In this document: positions 51,322-60,462 of the stretch, piece after piece
Layout of the letters: the number at the start of each line of letters is the position of its first letter
Numbering within the stretch: position 1 is the first letter of the stretch
DNA from: Thermoleophilia bacterium
Lineage (GTDB): Bacteria > Actinomycetota > Thermoleophilia > RBG-16-64-13
NCBI GenBank assembly: GCA_027493445.1
Contig: JAOSKU010000001.1
Location: forward strand, 1,878,822 to 1,942,821
DNA length: 64,000 bases
Reading direction: 5' to 3'
The notes under the pieces: model-generated
Told to the model about the DNA's origin: nothing
The model's database searches: none
Seen by the model: only the letters and a program-made list of their open reading frames with translations
Position numbers and translations under genes: made by a program

Positions 51322-52699
51322 TCAGGCCACCGGTGCTCTCCCCGCCAACTGCGCCCCCAGCCGCTTGGCCAGGGCCATGATCGTCAGCATGGGCGGCATT
51401 CCCGGGGCTACCGGCAACACGCCGGCATCGCACACGAAGAGGTTGGCCACCTCTGTCTGCAGGTCGCGGTCGACCACCACCCCGATGGCCGCCGTCCCCC
51501 GGATGCGCCCCCTGCACCGCGCTGACCTGGATCGAATGGGGATCGGCCCCCGCGCGCACGAGGATCTCTCGCGCCAGCCCTGAGCCGCGCTCCAGCCGCG
51601 CTCGGTCGGCAGGGGTCGGCCGCTTGCTGACCGAGCCATCGGCCAGCACGCGGCCGCTGGGATCGTCGGCTATCTTGGTCATGATTCCCAGCAGCCGTCC
51701 GGGGCGCAGGCGAAGACCGGCCGTCCCGGCCTCGATCAAACGCACCCGCCGGGGCACGTTCACGTACGGCGAGAGGATGAACCCCTCCTCCCGGAACTGG
51801 CGCGCCACCAGCGCCATGGCCGGCTCGTGCAGCTGATTGAGGCCCCGGGTGACGCCGTAGGTGTTGATCAGGAGGTCCATGAACAGACCCTCCCCGGCCC
51901 GCGCCAACCCCGAGCGGAGCAAGATCGCGGGCGTGCCCAGCCCCCCGGCGGCCACGATCACCGTCGACGCCCCCAAGATCACCTCCCCCTCCGGCCCGGT
52001 GGCCACCACCCCGACGGCCGAACCCTGCCGCACGACCACCCGCTCCACCTTGTGGCGGTAGAGGACGCGGGCGCCCCAGCGCTGGGCCTGAAGCAGGTAG
52101 CGGGCCGCGGTCCACTTGGCGTCGTGGGCGCAGCCCAGGGTGCACACGCCGCAGGCCTTGCAGGCGCCTGCGTCGATGACCTTGGGCATGGGCTCCAGGA
52201 CCACGCCCACCTCGGCCGCCGCCGCCCGCAGGGTTTGCGAGGCCTCCGAGAGCAGGCTTTCGGCGATGGGGGCCGCCCCGGTCTCGGATTCGACCTCGGC
52301 GAGCTCGGCCTGCAGATCGAGACCCAGCCCGGAGAGCTCCCTCTCCAGACAGCGGGTCATGTTGCCGCAGGCCACTACGGTGGAGCCCCCGGCGGCCAGG
52401 GCCCGCCACAGGATCACGCCCTCCCTCGACCTCGCCGGCATATGAAGCACCGGGCTGGCGTCGTAGATGCGGGCGGCATCGGCGAAAGTGCCCAGGCGGA
52501 ACGCCGGCGGCCCCCCCTCCACTACCAGGACATCGGCACCCCGGCGGGCCAGCTCCCGGGCCAGAGTGGCTCCTCCGGCCCCGGAGCCCACCACCACATA
52601 CTCGTGCTTCTCCGCACGCAGCCCAACCACCTCCCGCGGTGGACGCCAGCGATATTTCGAGCTTCTTCGCATAAGAAGTGTAGTTGTTCGCCCGCCCAT
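51322..52699 (-). CDS. GMC-family FAD-dependent oxidoreductase, frame broken at C run 51496-51500
   Basis: N-terminal [32 protein letters not shown], and C-terminal [13 protein letters not shown]...[11 protein letters not shown]...MALA in the second frame. The [11 protein letters not shown] insert is unusual. Confidence 0.6.
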
Positions 52700-52830
52700 G
52701 AGCAAGCCCCGCCTGTGAGCATCGAGACCGGGGAGAGCGGAGTCCGGACGGCGGCTGTGGCGGCGGCTGGGGCGCGCGGGCGGTGGCCGCTGCGTGGCCG
52801 CGGCCCAGGGATCGGGGAGGGGCCTTGGGC

Positions 52831-53757
52831 TCAGGCTCCCTCGCGGGCCACCGGGTTGGTGAGAGCGCCGATGCCGTCGATCTCCACGGTCACCTGGTCG
52901 CCCTCGACAAGCCAGCGGGGCGGTCGCCGGGCGAACCCCACGCCGGCGGGCGTACCCGTCACGATCAGATCTCCCGGCTCCAGGGTCATGGTGCGGCTGA
53001 TGTGGCTCACCAGATCGGCCACCGTGAAGACCATCTGCGCCGTGCTGGATTCCTGCATCAGCTCGCCGCTCACCCAGCAGCGAATACTTAGAGCTTGAGG
53101 ATCGGGGATCTCGTCGGCCGTCACCAGCCAGGGACCCGTGGGCAGGAACGTATCGATCGCCTTGCCCCACAGCCACTGGCTGATGCGGCGCTGCATGGAC
53201 CGGGCCGAGACGTCGTTGGCGCACAGGTAGCCGCCCACATAGCTCAGAGCGTCCTCGCGCCCGACCCGGGCGCAGCGCCGGCCGATGACCACACCGAGCT
53301 CGGCCTCGTAGTCCACCATCTCCACCCCGGACGGGATGACGATGGCCTCCCCCGGACCGATCACCGAGTTGGCGAACTTGGGGAAGAGCACGGGTACTTC
53401 GGGCACCACCTGGCCCGACTCGGCGGCGTGATCCCGGTAGTTGAGGCCGATGCACACGACCTTGCCCGGCCGAGAAACCGGTGCCCTCAGGCGCAGCGAC
53501 GACAAGGGCGCCGCGGAGATCGACGAGGTTACCGTGGCCGCCGCTGTGTGGGCCTCCGAGGCGGGAGTGGCCGCCGCGGCAATGGGGGATGTCGTCGCGG
53601 GCCGCGCGGCCGCCGAGGCCGTGGCGGTCTCGGCGGCCGCCGCCCGGGCCCGCTCCGCCGTGAGCCCCTCCAGGTAGGCCACGAGGTCGTTACCCAGTGG
53701 CACTACGAGGTCGCCCTCCACTCGGCCGAAGCCACCCTCGAAGCTCACCAGACGCAC
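52831..53757 (-). CDS. fumarylacetoacetate hydrolase (FAH) family protein
   Basis: N-terminal VRLVSFEGGFGRVEGDLVVPLG, a ~50-aa Ala/Thr-rich insert, and the FAH catalytic region KVVCIGLNYRDHA...DYEAELGVVIG. GTG start. Confidence 0.7.
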   Translation of the reverse strand: MRLVSFEGGFGRVEGDLVVPLGNDLVAYLEGLTAERARAAAAETATASAAARPATTSPIAAAATPASEAHTAAATVTSSISAAPLSSLRLRAPVSRPGKVVCIGLNYRDHAAESGQVVPEVPVLFPKFANSVIGPGEAIVIPSGVEMVDYEAELGVVIGRRCARVGREDALSYVGGYLCANDVSARSMQRRISQWLWGKAIDTFLPTGPWLVTADEIPDPQALSIRCWVSGELMQESSTAQMVFTVADLVSHISRTMTLEPGDLIVTGTPAGVGFARRPPRWLVEGDQVTVEIDGIGALTNPVAREGA

Positions 53758-53759
53758 GC

Positions 53760-54494
53760 CTACCCCCGACCCAAGACCCGTTCCCGGATGGCCTTCGCCC
53801 CTTTCTCGAGGGTGCTCGCCACCAGGAAGCCGGCCAGCAGCAGCACGCTGGCGAACATCTCCGCCGGATAGAGCCCGGTTGTGTTCCCCAGCCGGGCGCG
53901 GGAGCCGGCGAAGGCGATGACCAGAGTGCCGGCCGCGATCAGCACGTTGGCCCACATGCGGTAGGCGTACTCCTTCTTTCGCGCGAAACGATAGATGGAG
54001 AGCACCGCCCCGCCCAGCAGGAAGATGCTCCCCGGGATGTTGAAGAAGAGCGACATGATGCGCGGGAAGGAGCCGCTGGGGCCGAGCGCCTCTCCCCCGA
54101 CGGTGATGCCCGGCTCGAGCCTGTCCAGGCGCAGGTCGGCGGTCAGCACCCCCGCCAGGAAGACCACCAGGGCCACCAGGGTGAAGGCCAGGTAGAGGTC
54201 GCCCCACCGGCGGCGCCGGGCCACCAGGTAGAGCGAGCCCAGTCCCAGGAACCCCACCAGCGACGCAGCCAGGACGATGTAGAACCGGTAGATAGTGGGA
54301 TCCCAGGCGTGGCGGTACTCCGACCAGGCCTCCATGGCGGCGGCGACCGCATAGAAGAGCAGGCCCGCGGTCCAGGCCGCTTGGTGCGGCCGCCGCCGCG
54401 CCCACCACTGTTGGAACACCAGCCCCGTGAACACGAACCCCAGAACGGCCGTAGCCAGCGCCCAGGCCCAATGTGACCAAAACGCCTGCGACAC
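53760..54494 (-). CDS. hypothetical integral membrane protein (about 7 TM)
   Basis: Hydrophobicity pattern only. Confidence 0.4.
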   Translation of the reverse strand: MSQAFWSHWAWALATAVLGFVFTGLVFQQWWARRRPHQAAWTAGLLFYAVAAAMEAWSEYRHAWDPTIYRFYIVLAASLVGFLGLGSLYLVARRRRWGDLYLAFTLVALVVFLAGVLTADLRLDRLEPGITVGGEALGPSGSFPRIMSLFFNIPGSIFLLGGAVLSIYRFARKKEYAYRMWANVLIAAGTLVIAFAGSRARLGNTTGLYPAEMFASVLLLAGFLVASTLEKGAKAIRERVLGRG

Positions 54495-54704
54495 AGCCCC
54501 CTCCCCTAGCCGCCACCCGCGCCGGCGGGCGGCGCGCTTCCGCCGCTCATCGTACCGCCTGGCCGTGGCCGGCGCCAGCAGGCGCCGGCCCCCATAAAGT
54601 TAACGCAGGCCTTCCTCAACGTTTCCACACCCGTTACATCGCAGCCCGCTCGGTCTCCTATGCTGGCGCTAGCGAGCAACAGGGCAACAGTGAAAGGGGG
54701 ACCC

Positions 54705-55499
54705 ATGTCCCGGCACCCGAGCTACGGCACCGTGGATGTCGTGCCGCTCCCGGCACGGCCTGGCCTCCAGGTGGGGGGCGGACACCGACCCGTCCTGCTG
54801 GCCCGCTTCGATCCGACGCGCGATCTGAGCGCGTCCACACTACTCGCGACAGACCCGGGGATCGACGGCATCGACGTCGACATCCAGATGTGCAAGACAG
54901 GTGAGCCGGTGGTCTTCTCCCGAGACAGGATCGGCATCTTCGACGGGCACGCCGGCTACGTCAGCGAAGGAAGCCTGGACAGCGCCAAGGCATTGGCGGC
55001 GAAGACCGGAGAGCGGGTGCTCGCACTCTCGGAGCTGCTGAGCCTGATCGCCGACCCCCACTCCCCGGTCCTGTCCGTGCGCCTCCTTCGCCGGGGGACC
55101 GCCATCCCAGTGCTGCAAGTCCTCGAAAGAGCAGCGGCCCGCGGCCGCCTGCGATGGGATCGCGTCCTCGTCTGCTCGCCCATCCTGAACGAGCTCGCGC
55201 AGCTGAAGTACCTGAGCCCAGGCGTGACCACCGCATTCGTGACGGAAACCGCGGAGGCTAACTACGACATGGTCCACACCCAGTTCCAGCCCGACTGCTT
55301 CTTCATCGCTCACGAGCACGCCGACCTCATCCGGGTCTCGTTCCTGCACGACCTGGGGGCCCGTGTCTTCGTCTGGAAAGTGAGCACCGAGACTGAGATC
55401 GACCGAGCGGTGAGCCTGGGAGTGGACGGCATCGTAACCGACCGTCCCATCCCGTGGCGCCCGAGAGCGGTGGGCCGACCGGAAGCGTCGACCTGGTGA
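54705..55499 (+). CDS. glycerophosphodiester phosphodiesterase (GDPD/GP-PDE) family protein
   Basis: C-terminal VSLGVDGIVTDRP hallmark and an internal GDPD-like region. Confidence 0.55.
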   Translation: MSRHPSYGTVDVVPLPARPGLQVGGGHRPVLLARFDPTRDLSASTLLATDPGIDGIDVDIQMCKTGEPVVFSRDRIGIFDGHAGYVSEGSLDSAKALAAKTGERVLALSELLSLIADPHSPVLSVRLLRRGTAIPVLQVLERAAARGRLRWDRVLVCSPILNELAQLKYLSPGVTTAFVTETAEANYDMVHTQFQPDCFFIAHEHADLIRVSFLHDLGARVFVWKVSTETEIDRAVSLGVDGIVTDRPIPWRPRAVGRPEASTW

Positions 55500-56245
55500 G
55501 ACCGGTCCTGGACAAAGTCGAGAAACGACCCCTCCAACCGGTCGAGGGCCAGACGATCGTCGTCGTGGAGGACGACGCCACTCTCTCCGAGCTCCTGAAC
55601 TACAATTTGCGCCAGGCCGGCTACCTGGTCGTCCAGGAGTGTGGCGGCCGCGCCGCCATCAAGAAGGCCACCGAGGCCGAAGTCGACCTGGTGCTCCTCG
55701 ACGTGATGCTCCCCGGGCAGGACGGTGTCAGCGTCGCGCGCGCCCTCAAGGCGGCGCGCCCCCGGCTGCCCGTGATCTTGCTGACGGCCTGCGATGGGAA
55801 AGACGCAGTGCTGGCCGGCTTCCAGGCCGGGGCCGACGACTATGTCACCAAGCCGTTCGACATGGACGAGCTGCTGGCCCGGATCCGGGCCCGCCTGCCT
55901 CGGAGGATCCCGGGGGCCGGCTATCCCGAGCCGGCCACATTACTGGAAGGGTTCGAGCTGGACAGCACCGCCCACGTCCTCCGCTCGTCCGCGGGCGAAC
56001 TCTGTCTGCGACCGAAAGAACACGACCTGCTGGCCTTGCTCTTCTCGTCCCCCGGACACCTTTTCCCCCGGAACGAGATCGTGGAGCGAGTGTGGGGACA
56101 TCGCTACCTTCCGGGCTCGCGCACGCTCGACGTCCACATTGGATGGCTCAGGGAGAAGATGGCCCTCCTGGATCGTGAGGGCCCTTCCATCCAGACCATC
56201 CGGGGGGTGGGCTACCGCCTGGTCGCCCGATCTCCAGACTCTTAA
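55496..56245 (+). CDS. OmpR/PhoB-family response regulator (REC domain plus winged helix)
   Basis: TIVVVEDD...DLVLLDVMLPGQDG...DDYVTKPF plus a C-terminal winged helix. GTGA overlap start at 55496 (alternatively 55454). It lies next to pstS. Confidence 0.75.
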   Translation: MRPVLDKVEKRPLQPVEGQTIVVVEDDATLSELLNYNLRQAGYLVVQECGGRAAIKKATEAEVDLVLLDVMLPGQDGVSVARALKAARPRLPVILLTACDGKDAVLAGFQAGADDYVTKPFDMDELLARIRARLPRRIPGAGYPEPATLLEGFELDSTAHVLRSSAGELCLRPKEHDLLALLFSSPGHLFPRNEIVERVWGHRYLPGSRTLDVHIGWLREKMALLDREGPSIQTIRGVGYRLVARSPDS

Positions 56246-56325
56246 CCGAGGTTTTGCCGCGCGTTAACATCGGGGGCCCGCGAGCTTGGTAGGTTGGCTA
56301 CGTCACGAGAGGAGCATGGATTCGG

Positions 56326-57492
56326 ATGAACAAGGAGGAAGAGGTGCACAAACGTAGCAAGCCGGCGTACTTGGCAGGCCTGGCTCTGGTCGCGCTGCTC
56401 GGCGCCCTGGCTCTGGCCGGCTGCGGCGGCGATGATACCTCGACGAGCGAGACCACCGCCCCGCCCACCACCACAGCAGCAGAGACGGTCACGACCAGCG
56501 GCAAGACCACCACCACGGCCGCCGCCCTGCAGGCCAGCCTGAGCAGCGCGGGCGCCACGTTCCCCGAACCGCTCTACCTGGAGTGGATCGGCGCGTTCCA
56601 GTCGGATGTCCAGCCGGACGTGAGCATCAACTACCAGGGCATCGGCTCGGGCGGGGGCATCCAGCAGTTCACACAGCTGACCGTCGACTTCGGGGCCAGC
56701 GACGCCCCCATGAAGGACGAGGAGATCGCCGCGGCTGAGGCCGCAGCCGGGGCCAAGGTGCTGCACATTCCCACTGTATTCGGCGCGGTCACGCTGGCCT
56801 ACAACCTGGAAGGCGTTACCGATCTCCAACTGGACCAGGACACCCTGGCCGGTATCTTCCTGGGCGACATCACCATGTGGAACGACCCGATGATCGCGGC
56901 GCTGAACTCAGGCGCAACTCTTCCCGATGAGGCCATCCAGGTGGTCCACCGCTCCGATTCCTCGGGCACGACCAGCATCTTCACCGGTTACATGACCCAG
57001 ATCTCCCCCACCTGGGAGACCGAGGTAGGCCCGGGCAAGGAGGTTCAGTGGCCGGTCGGCATCGGTGGTCAGGGCAATGACGGCGTGGCCGCCGTAATCC
57101 AGCAACAGGGCGGCAGCATTGGGTACGTGGAGCTCTCCTACGCCCTGGAATCCAGGCTCCCGGTGGCCACGCTCAAGAACAAGGCGGGCAACTTCGTCAA
57201 GCCCTCGCTGGAATCTACCTCGGCGGCCGCCGTGGGCGTCACCTTCCCGGCCGACCTGCGCTTCTCGCTGAGCGACAGCGAGGCTTCGGGCGCGTACCCC
57301 ATCGTGGGCGCCACCTGGATCCTGGCCTACGACAGGATGCAGGATCCGGCCAAGGCCGAGGCCCTGAAGGCCTTCCTGACTTGGGCCCTCACGGACGGTG
57401 ACAGCATCGCCCAGGAGCTCAACTACGCGCCGCTTCCCGAGGAGCTGCAGAGCCTCGCGCTGGAGAAGGTTGACGCGATCAGTGTGAAGTAG
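56326..57492 (+). CDS. pstS: phosphate ABC transporter substrate-binding lipoprotein
   Basis: Lipobox LALAGCGG. ...SINYQGIGSGGGIQQF..., and VHRSDSSGTTSIFT. Confidence 0.8.
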   Translation: MNKEEEVHKRSKPAYLAGLALVALLGALALAGCGGDDTSTSETTAPPTTTAAETVTTSGKTTTTAAALQASLSSAGATFPEPLYLEWIGAFQSDVQPDVSINYQGIGSGGGIQQFTQLTVDFGASDAPMKDEEIAAAEAAAGAKVLHIPTVFGAVTLAYNLEGVTDLQLDQDTLAGIFLGDITMWNDPMIAALNSGATLPDEAIQVVHRSDSSGTTSIFTGYMTQISPTWETEVGPGKEVQWPVGIGGQGNDGVAAVIQQQGGSIGYVELSYALESRLPVATLKNKAGNFVKPSLESTSAAAVGVTFPADLRFSLSDSEASGAYPIVGATWILAYDRMQDPAKAEALKAFLTWALTDGDSIAQELNYAPLPEELQSLALEKVDAISVK

Positions 57493-57541
57493 AAAGCGCG
57501 CTCAGGAGTCGCCGCGGACCCACCCCCCCGCGGCCAATCAC

Positions 57542-57572
57542 GGCGGAAGCGGCGCCCGGCGCCGCTTCCGCC
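57542..57572 (+). terminator. GC-rich hairpin. 14-bp perfect stem GGCGGAAGCGGCGC / GCGCCGCTTCCGCC with a 3-nt loop, and no U tract
   Basis: It lies about 50 nt after the pstS stop. Confidence 0.45.
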
Positions 57573-57634
57573 GCCTCCATTCCGGGGTTGCACACGCCGG
57601 TTGGAGGGGTATCTCAATATCCGGAGGATCTCGA

Positions 57635-57988
57635 ATGAAGAGCCGCAAAGAACAGCCTACCTGCTGCCCCTGTCTCGTTCCCATGGCAATCGCCGAGCTT
57701 GCCCGTAGGCAGGCCGAGGCTCGCGCCCAGTATCCCGTGACTCGGGGCGAGATCCGCCTGCCACGATCCACCGCGCAGATCGTCCTCGAACACGCGATCT
57801 TTCTCCTCATCCTCAACTGGAACCTGGCTTTGGTGAACCTGTCCCGCACCCCCGACGCTCTCTGGTTCCCGTGGGCCGCGCTCATCTCCGCCGGGTTGTT
57901 GCTGTTCGACGTGGTCGGACTGGCCTTCCACCGGAGGATTCAGACCGTCCTGGACGCGCGGCGGGCGGCGGCACCCCTGCGAATGTGA
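57635..57988 (+). CDS. small hypothetical membrane protein (2 TM)
   Basis: ORF with two hydrophobic segments. Confidence 0.3.
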   Translation: MKSRKEQPTCCPCLVPMAIAELARRQAEARAQYPVTRGEIRLPRSTAQIVLEHAIFLLILNWNLALVNLSRTPDALWFPWAALISAGLLLFDVVGLAFHRRIQTVLDARRAAAPLRM

Positions 57989-58038
57989 CCCCGTGGCCAG
58001 CCTGGCTCCGGCGCCGTCGCCCTGGTACCATGCACGCC

Positions 58039-59592
58039 ATGTCTGAAGCCATGCGCTACCACGACACTCGCGGCCTCGACCCCTCGCGCCCCACCTTCAC
58101 CGAGGTGGTCATCAAGGGGATCGCCCAGGGCGGGGGCCTCTACGTGCCCGACGCCCTGCCTAGCCTCAACCTCGACCAGATCTTGAATCTCTGCCGTCTG
58201 TCCTACGCCCAGCGGGCGGACGAGATCTTCCGGCTCTTCGGGGTCGACGTGCCCTCCGAGCGCACCGCCGCCTTGCTGGCTCAAGCTTTCGGGGACAACT
58301 TCGACCACCCGGCGGTCGCGCCCGTCGTAGCGATCACCCCGGAGATACACGTGCTGGAGCTCTGGCACGGGCCTACCTCCGCCTTCAAGGACATGGCCCT
58401 ACAGTGCATGCCCCACTTCTTCAGCGAGGCCATCGCCATGCGCCGGGCGGCCGGCCACGACGTGCCCGACTACCTGGTGCTGGTGGCCACCTCGGGCGAC
58501 ACGGGTAAAGCCGCACTCGAGGGTTTCGCCGACCGCCCCAGCACGCGCATCGCGATCTTCTATCCGGCGGAAGGCGTCTCCGATATCCAGCGCAGGCAGA
58601 TGGTGACCCAGCGGGGCGGCAACGTGGCCGTCTTCGGGGTCCACGGCAACTTCGACGACTGCCAGGCGGCCGTCAAAGCCGCCTTCAACGACGCTCCCTT
58701 CAACGACGCCCTGCGCGCCGCCCTCCACACCGAGCTCTCCTCCGCCAACTCCATCAACTGGGGCCGGCTGCTCCCCCAGATCGTCTACTACGCCAGCGCC
58801 TACGCCGATATGGTGGCCGCGAGCGCCCTATCGGCCGGCGACCCGCTGGACGTCTGCGTGCCCACGGGCAACTTCGGCAACATCCTGGCCGCGTTCTACG
58901 CCAAACGCATGGGCGTTCCCCTGGGGCGACTCCTCTGCGCTTCGAACGAGAACAACGTGCTGAGCGACTTCATCGACACCGGCGTCTACGACATCGCCGA
59001 GCGGGCTTTCGTGCAGACGCCCTCCCCCTCGATGGACATCCTCATCAGCTCCAACCTGGAACGTGCCCTCTACGAGCTCGGCCGGGACCCCGAACGTGTG
59101 CGCGGTTGGATGAACGACCTGGCCGCCACGCGCCGCTTCCAGATCGACGACGGCACCTACGCCTCCCTGCGCGAGCACTTCGTGGGGGACTACTGCTCCA
59201 ACGAGGAGAGCCTGGCCACCATCGCCCGCATCCACGCGGCCACCGGCTACCTGCTCGACCCCCACACCGCCGTGGCCTGGACGGTGGCCGAGAAGCACCG
59301 CGTCGACGGTCCCGTGCTGGTGGTGGCCACGGCCCACTGGGCCAAGTTTGGCGAGGATGTCTACCGGGCCCTCAGCGCCGTCCCCTACGACGCCCCCCTG
59401 CCTGCCGGGGCAGCCGGCATGAGCGGCCTCGAGCTGCTGCGCGAGGTGCGGAGACTGGCTCCGGGGCAGCACGTGCCTGCCCCCCTGGCCGAGCTCGACA
59501 CGCTCCCCGAACGCTTCACCAAGACCGTGGAAGGTACCCGCCAGGGGGTCGAGGACGCCGTGCGGGAGTGGCTCGAAGCAGCCGCGGAGTAG
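58039..59592 (+). CDS. thrC: threonine synthase (long form)
   Basis: N-terminal MRYHDTRG, and SAFKDMALQ with the PLP lysine. About 517 aa. Confidence 0.8.
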   Translation: MSEAMRYHDTRGLDPSRPTFTEVVIKGIAQGGGLYVPDALPSLNLDQILNLCRLSYAQRADEIFRLFGVDVPSERTAALLAQAFGDNFDHPAVAPVVAITPEIHVLELWHGPTSAFKDMALQCMPHFFSEAIAMRRAAGHDVPDYLVLVATSGDTGKAALEGFADRPSTRIAIFYPAEGVSDIQRRQMVTQRGGNVAVFGVHGNFDDCQAAVKAAFNDAPFNDALRAALHTELSSANSINWGRLLPQIVYYASAYADMVAASALSAGDPLDVCVPTGNFGNILAAFYAKRMGVPLGRLLCASNENNVLSDFIDTGVYDIAERAFVQTPSPSMDILISSNLERALYELGRDPERVRGWMNDLAATRRFQIDDGTYASLREHFVGDYCSNEESLATIARIHAATGYLLDPHTAVAWTVAEKHRVDGPVLVVATAHWAKFGEDVYRALSAVPYDAPLPAGAAGMSGLELLREVRRLAPGQHVPAPLAELDTLPERFTKTVEGTRQGVEDAVREWLEAAAE

Positions 59593-59689
59593 ACGGCGCC
59601 GGCTCCTGCCCAGTGCGGGATCCCAGATAGGTGCGTTTCCCGGCACGCGCCGGGACGCTTTCGACGCAACGCCGCGGGAGCCGCCACCC

Positions 59690-60100
59690 TCACGAAGGGA
59701 GAAGCACGAGCTCCAGACCGGGTATGCCCTCGAAGTCTCTGGCGTTGCGGGTGAGGAACCCATAGCCGTGCTGGATCGCCTGGCTGGCCAGCCACACGTC
59801 CTGCACGCGGTAGCGATGATGGCGGCCCTGCCGGCGGAGTTGAGCCGCGATGTCGCCGAAGATCTCGCCAGTGATTCCATCGATCAGGAGGGTCGGCTTG
59901 CGACGCAATCGGCGCAACGCGGCGAGTCGCTTCTGCCGAATGTCCGGATCTGAGGCCAGCTCCGCCCCATATGCAAGTTCCGCCAGCGTGACCGGTGAGA
60001 GGTAGATGGGTTCGCTTGCGGTGATGGAGGCCACGTCGCTTGGAGACAGCCGTCCCTGCTCCACATCGATCCAGATGCAGGTGTCGATCAGGACGCCCAC
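59690..60100 (-). CDS. vapC: PIN-domain toxin VapC
   Basis: VLIDTCIWID N-terminus. The ORF is open to 60142, overlapping the antitoxin. GTG start at 60100 or 60094. Confidence 0.7.
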   Translation of the reverse strand: MGVLIDTCIWIDVEQGRLSPSDVASITASEPIYLSPVTLAELAYGAELASDPDIRQKRLAALRRLRRKPTLLIDGITGEIFGDIAAQLRRQGRHHRYRVQDVWLASQAIQHGYGFLTRNARDFEGIPGLELVLLPS

Positions 60101-60107
60101 GCGGTGA

Positions 60108-60386
60108 TCAGCTACCGGAGCCGTGAGTCCCCCACGGGTCACGGGCCTCCTCGCTCAGCGCTCCACGGCGGCGGCTCTCGTCCAGCCACCCGGCCGCTGC
60201 ATCCTCGGGGAGGGTGCGGTAGAGATCGGCCATGGCCTCCAGAGCGGTCTGACGCCCGGGGACAGGAAGGATCAGCGCCACCTGCTGCTGGTTGCGCTCC
60301 ACGACGATCTCCTCCTGGTCGCTCACCAGCTGGTCGAGCACTTGGCGGAGATTGCGGGCCAGCTCCGTCGCAGTGATCGTGCGCAC
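60108..60386 (-). CDS. Phd/YefM-type antitoxin
   Basis: MRTITATELARNLRQVLDQLVSDQEEIVVERNQQQVALILPV. Confidence 0.7.
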   Translation of the reverse strand: MRTITATELARNLRQVLDQLVSDQEEIVVERNQQQVALILPVPGRQTALEAMADLYRTLPEDAAAGWLDESRRRGALSEEARDPWGTHGSGS

Positions 60387-60462
60387 GACATGCCTCCTCC
60401 AATGCAGATTCTCTGTGTTGATCTGATTTTACGCTACTCTGCCAGGCTACGCCACATCACGC

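Noticed and set aside
51827-53098. 423-aa plus-strand ORF, and many similar long antisense ORFs (for example 4057-4572, 16881-17888, 26522-27011 and 48143-49834)
   Set aside because: They lie antisense to well-supported genes and are Arg/Pro/Gly-rich with no motifs. These are the usual GC-rich shadow ORFs.
51149-54516. Two very long minus ORFs (768 aa and 561 aa) in the track
   Set aside because: Each is a real gene (GMC oxidoreductase, FAH hydrolase) fused to upstream stop-free junk. True starts were placed at 52699 and 53757 using family N-termini and SD sequences.
56246-56325. Possible Pho box upstream of pstS (a TTAACA half-site at 56259)
   Set aside because: Only a single half-site-like hexamer is present, with no convincing direct repeat at 11-bp spacing.
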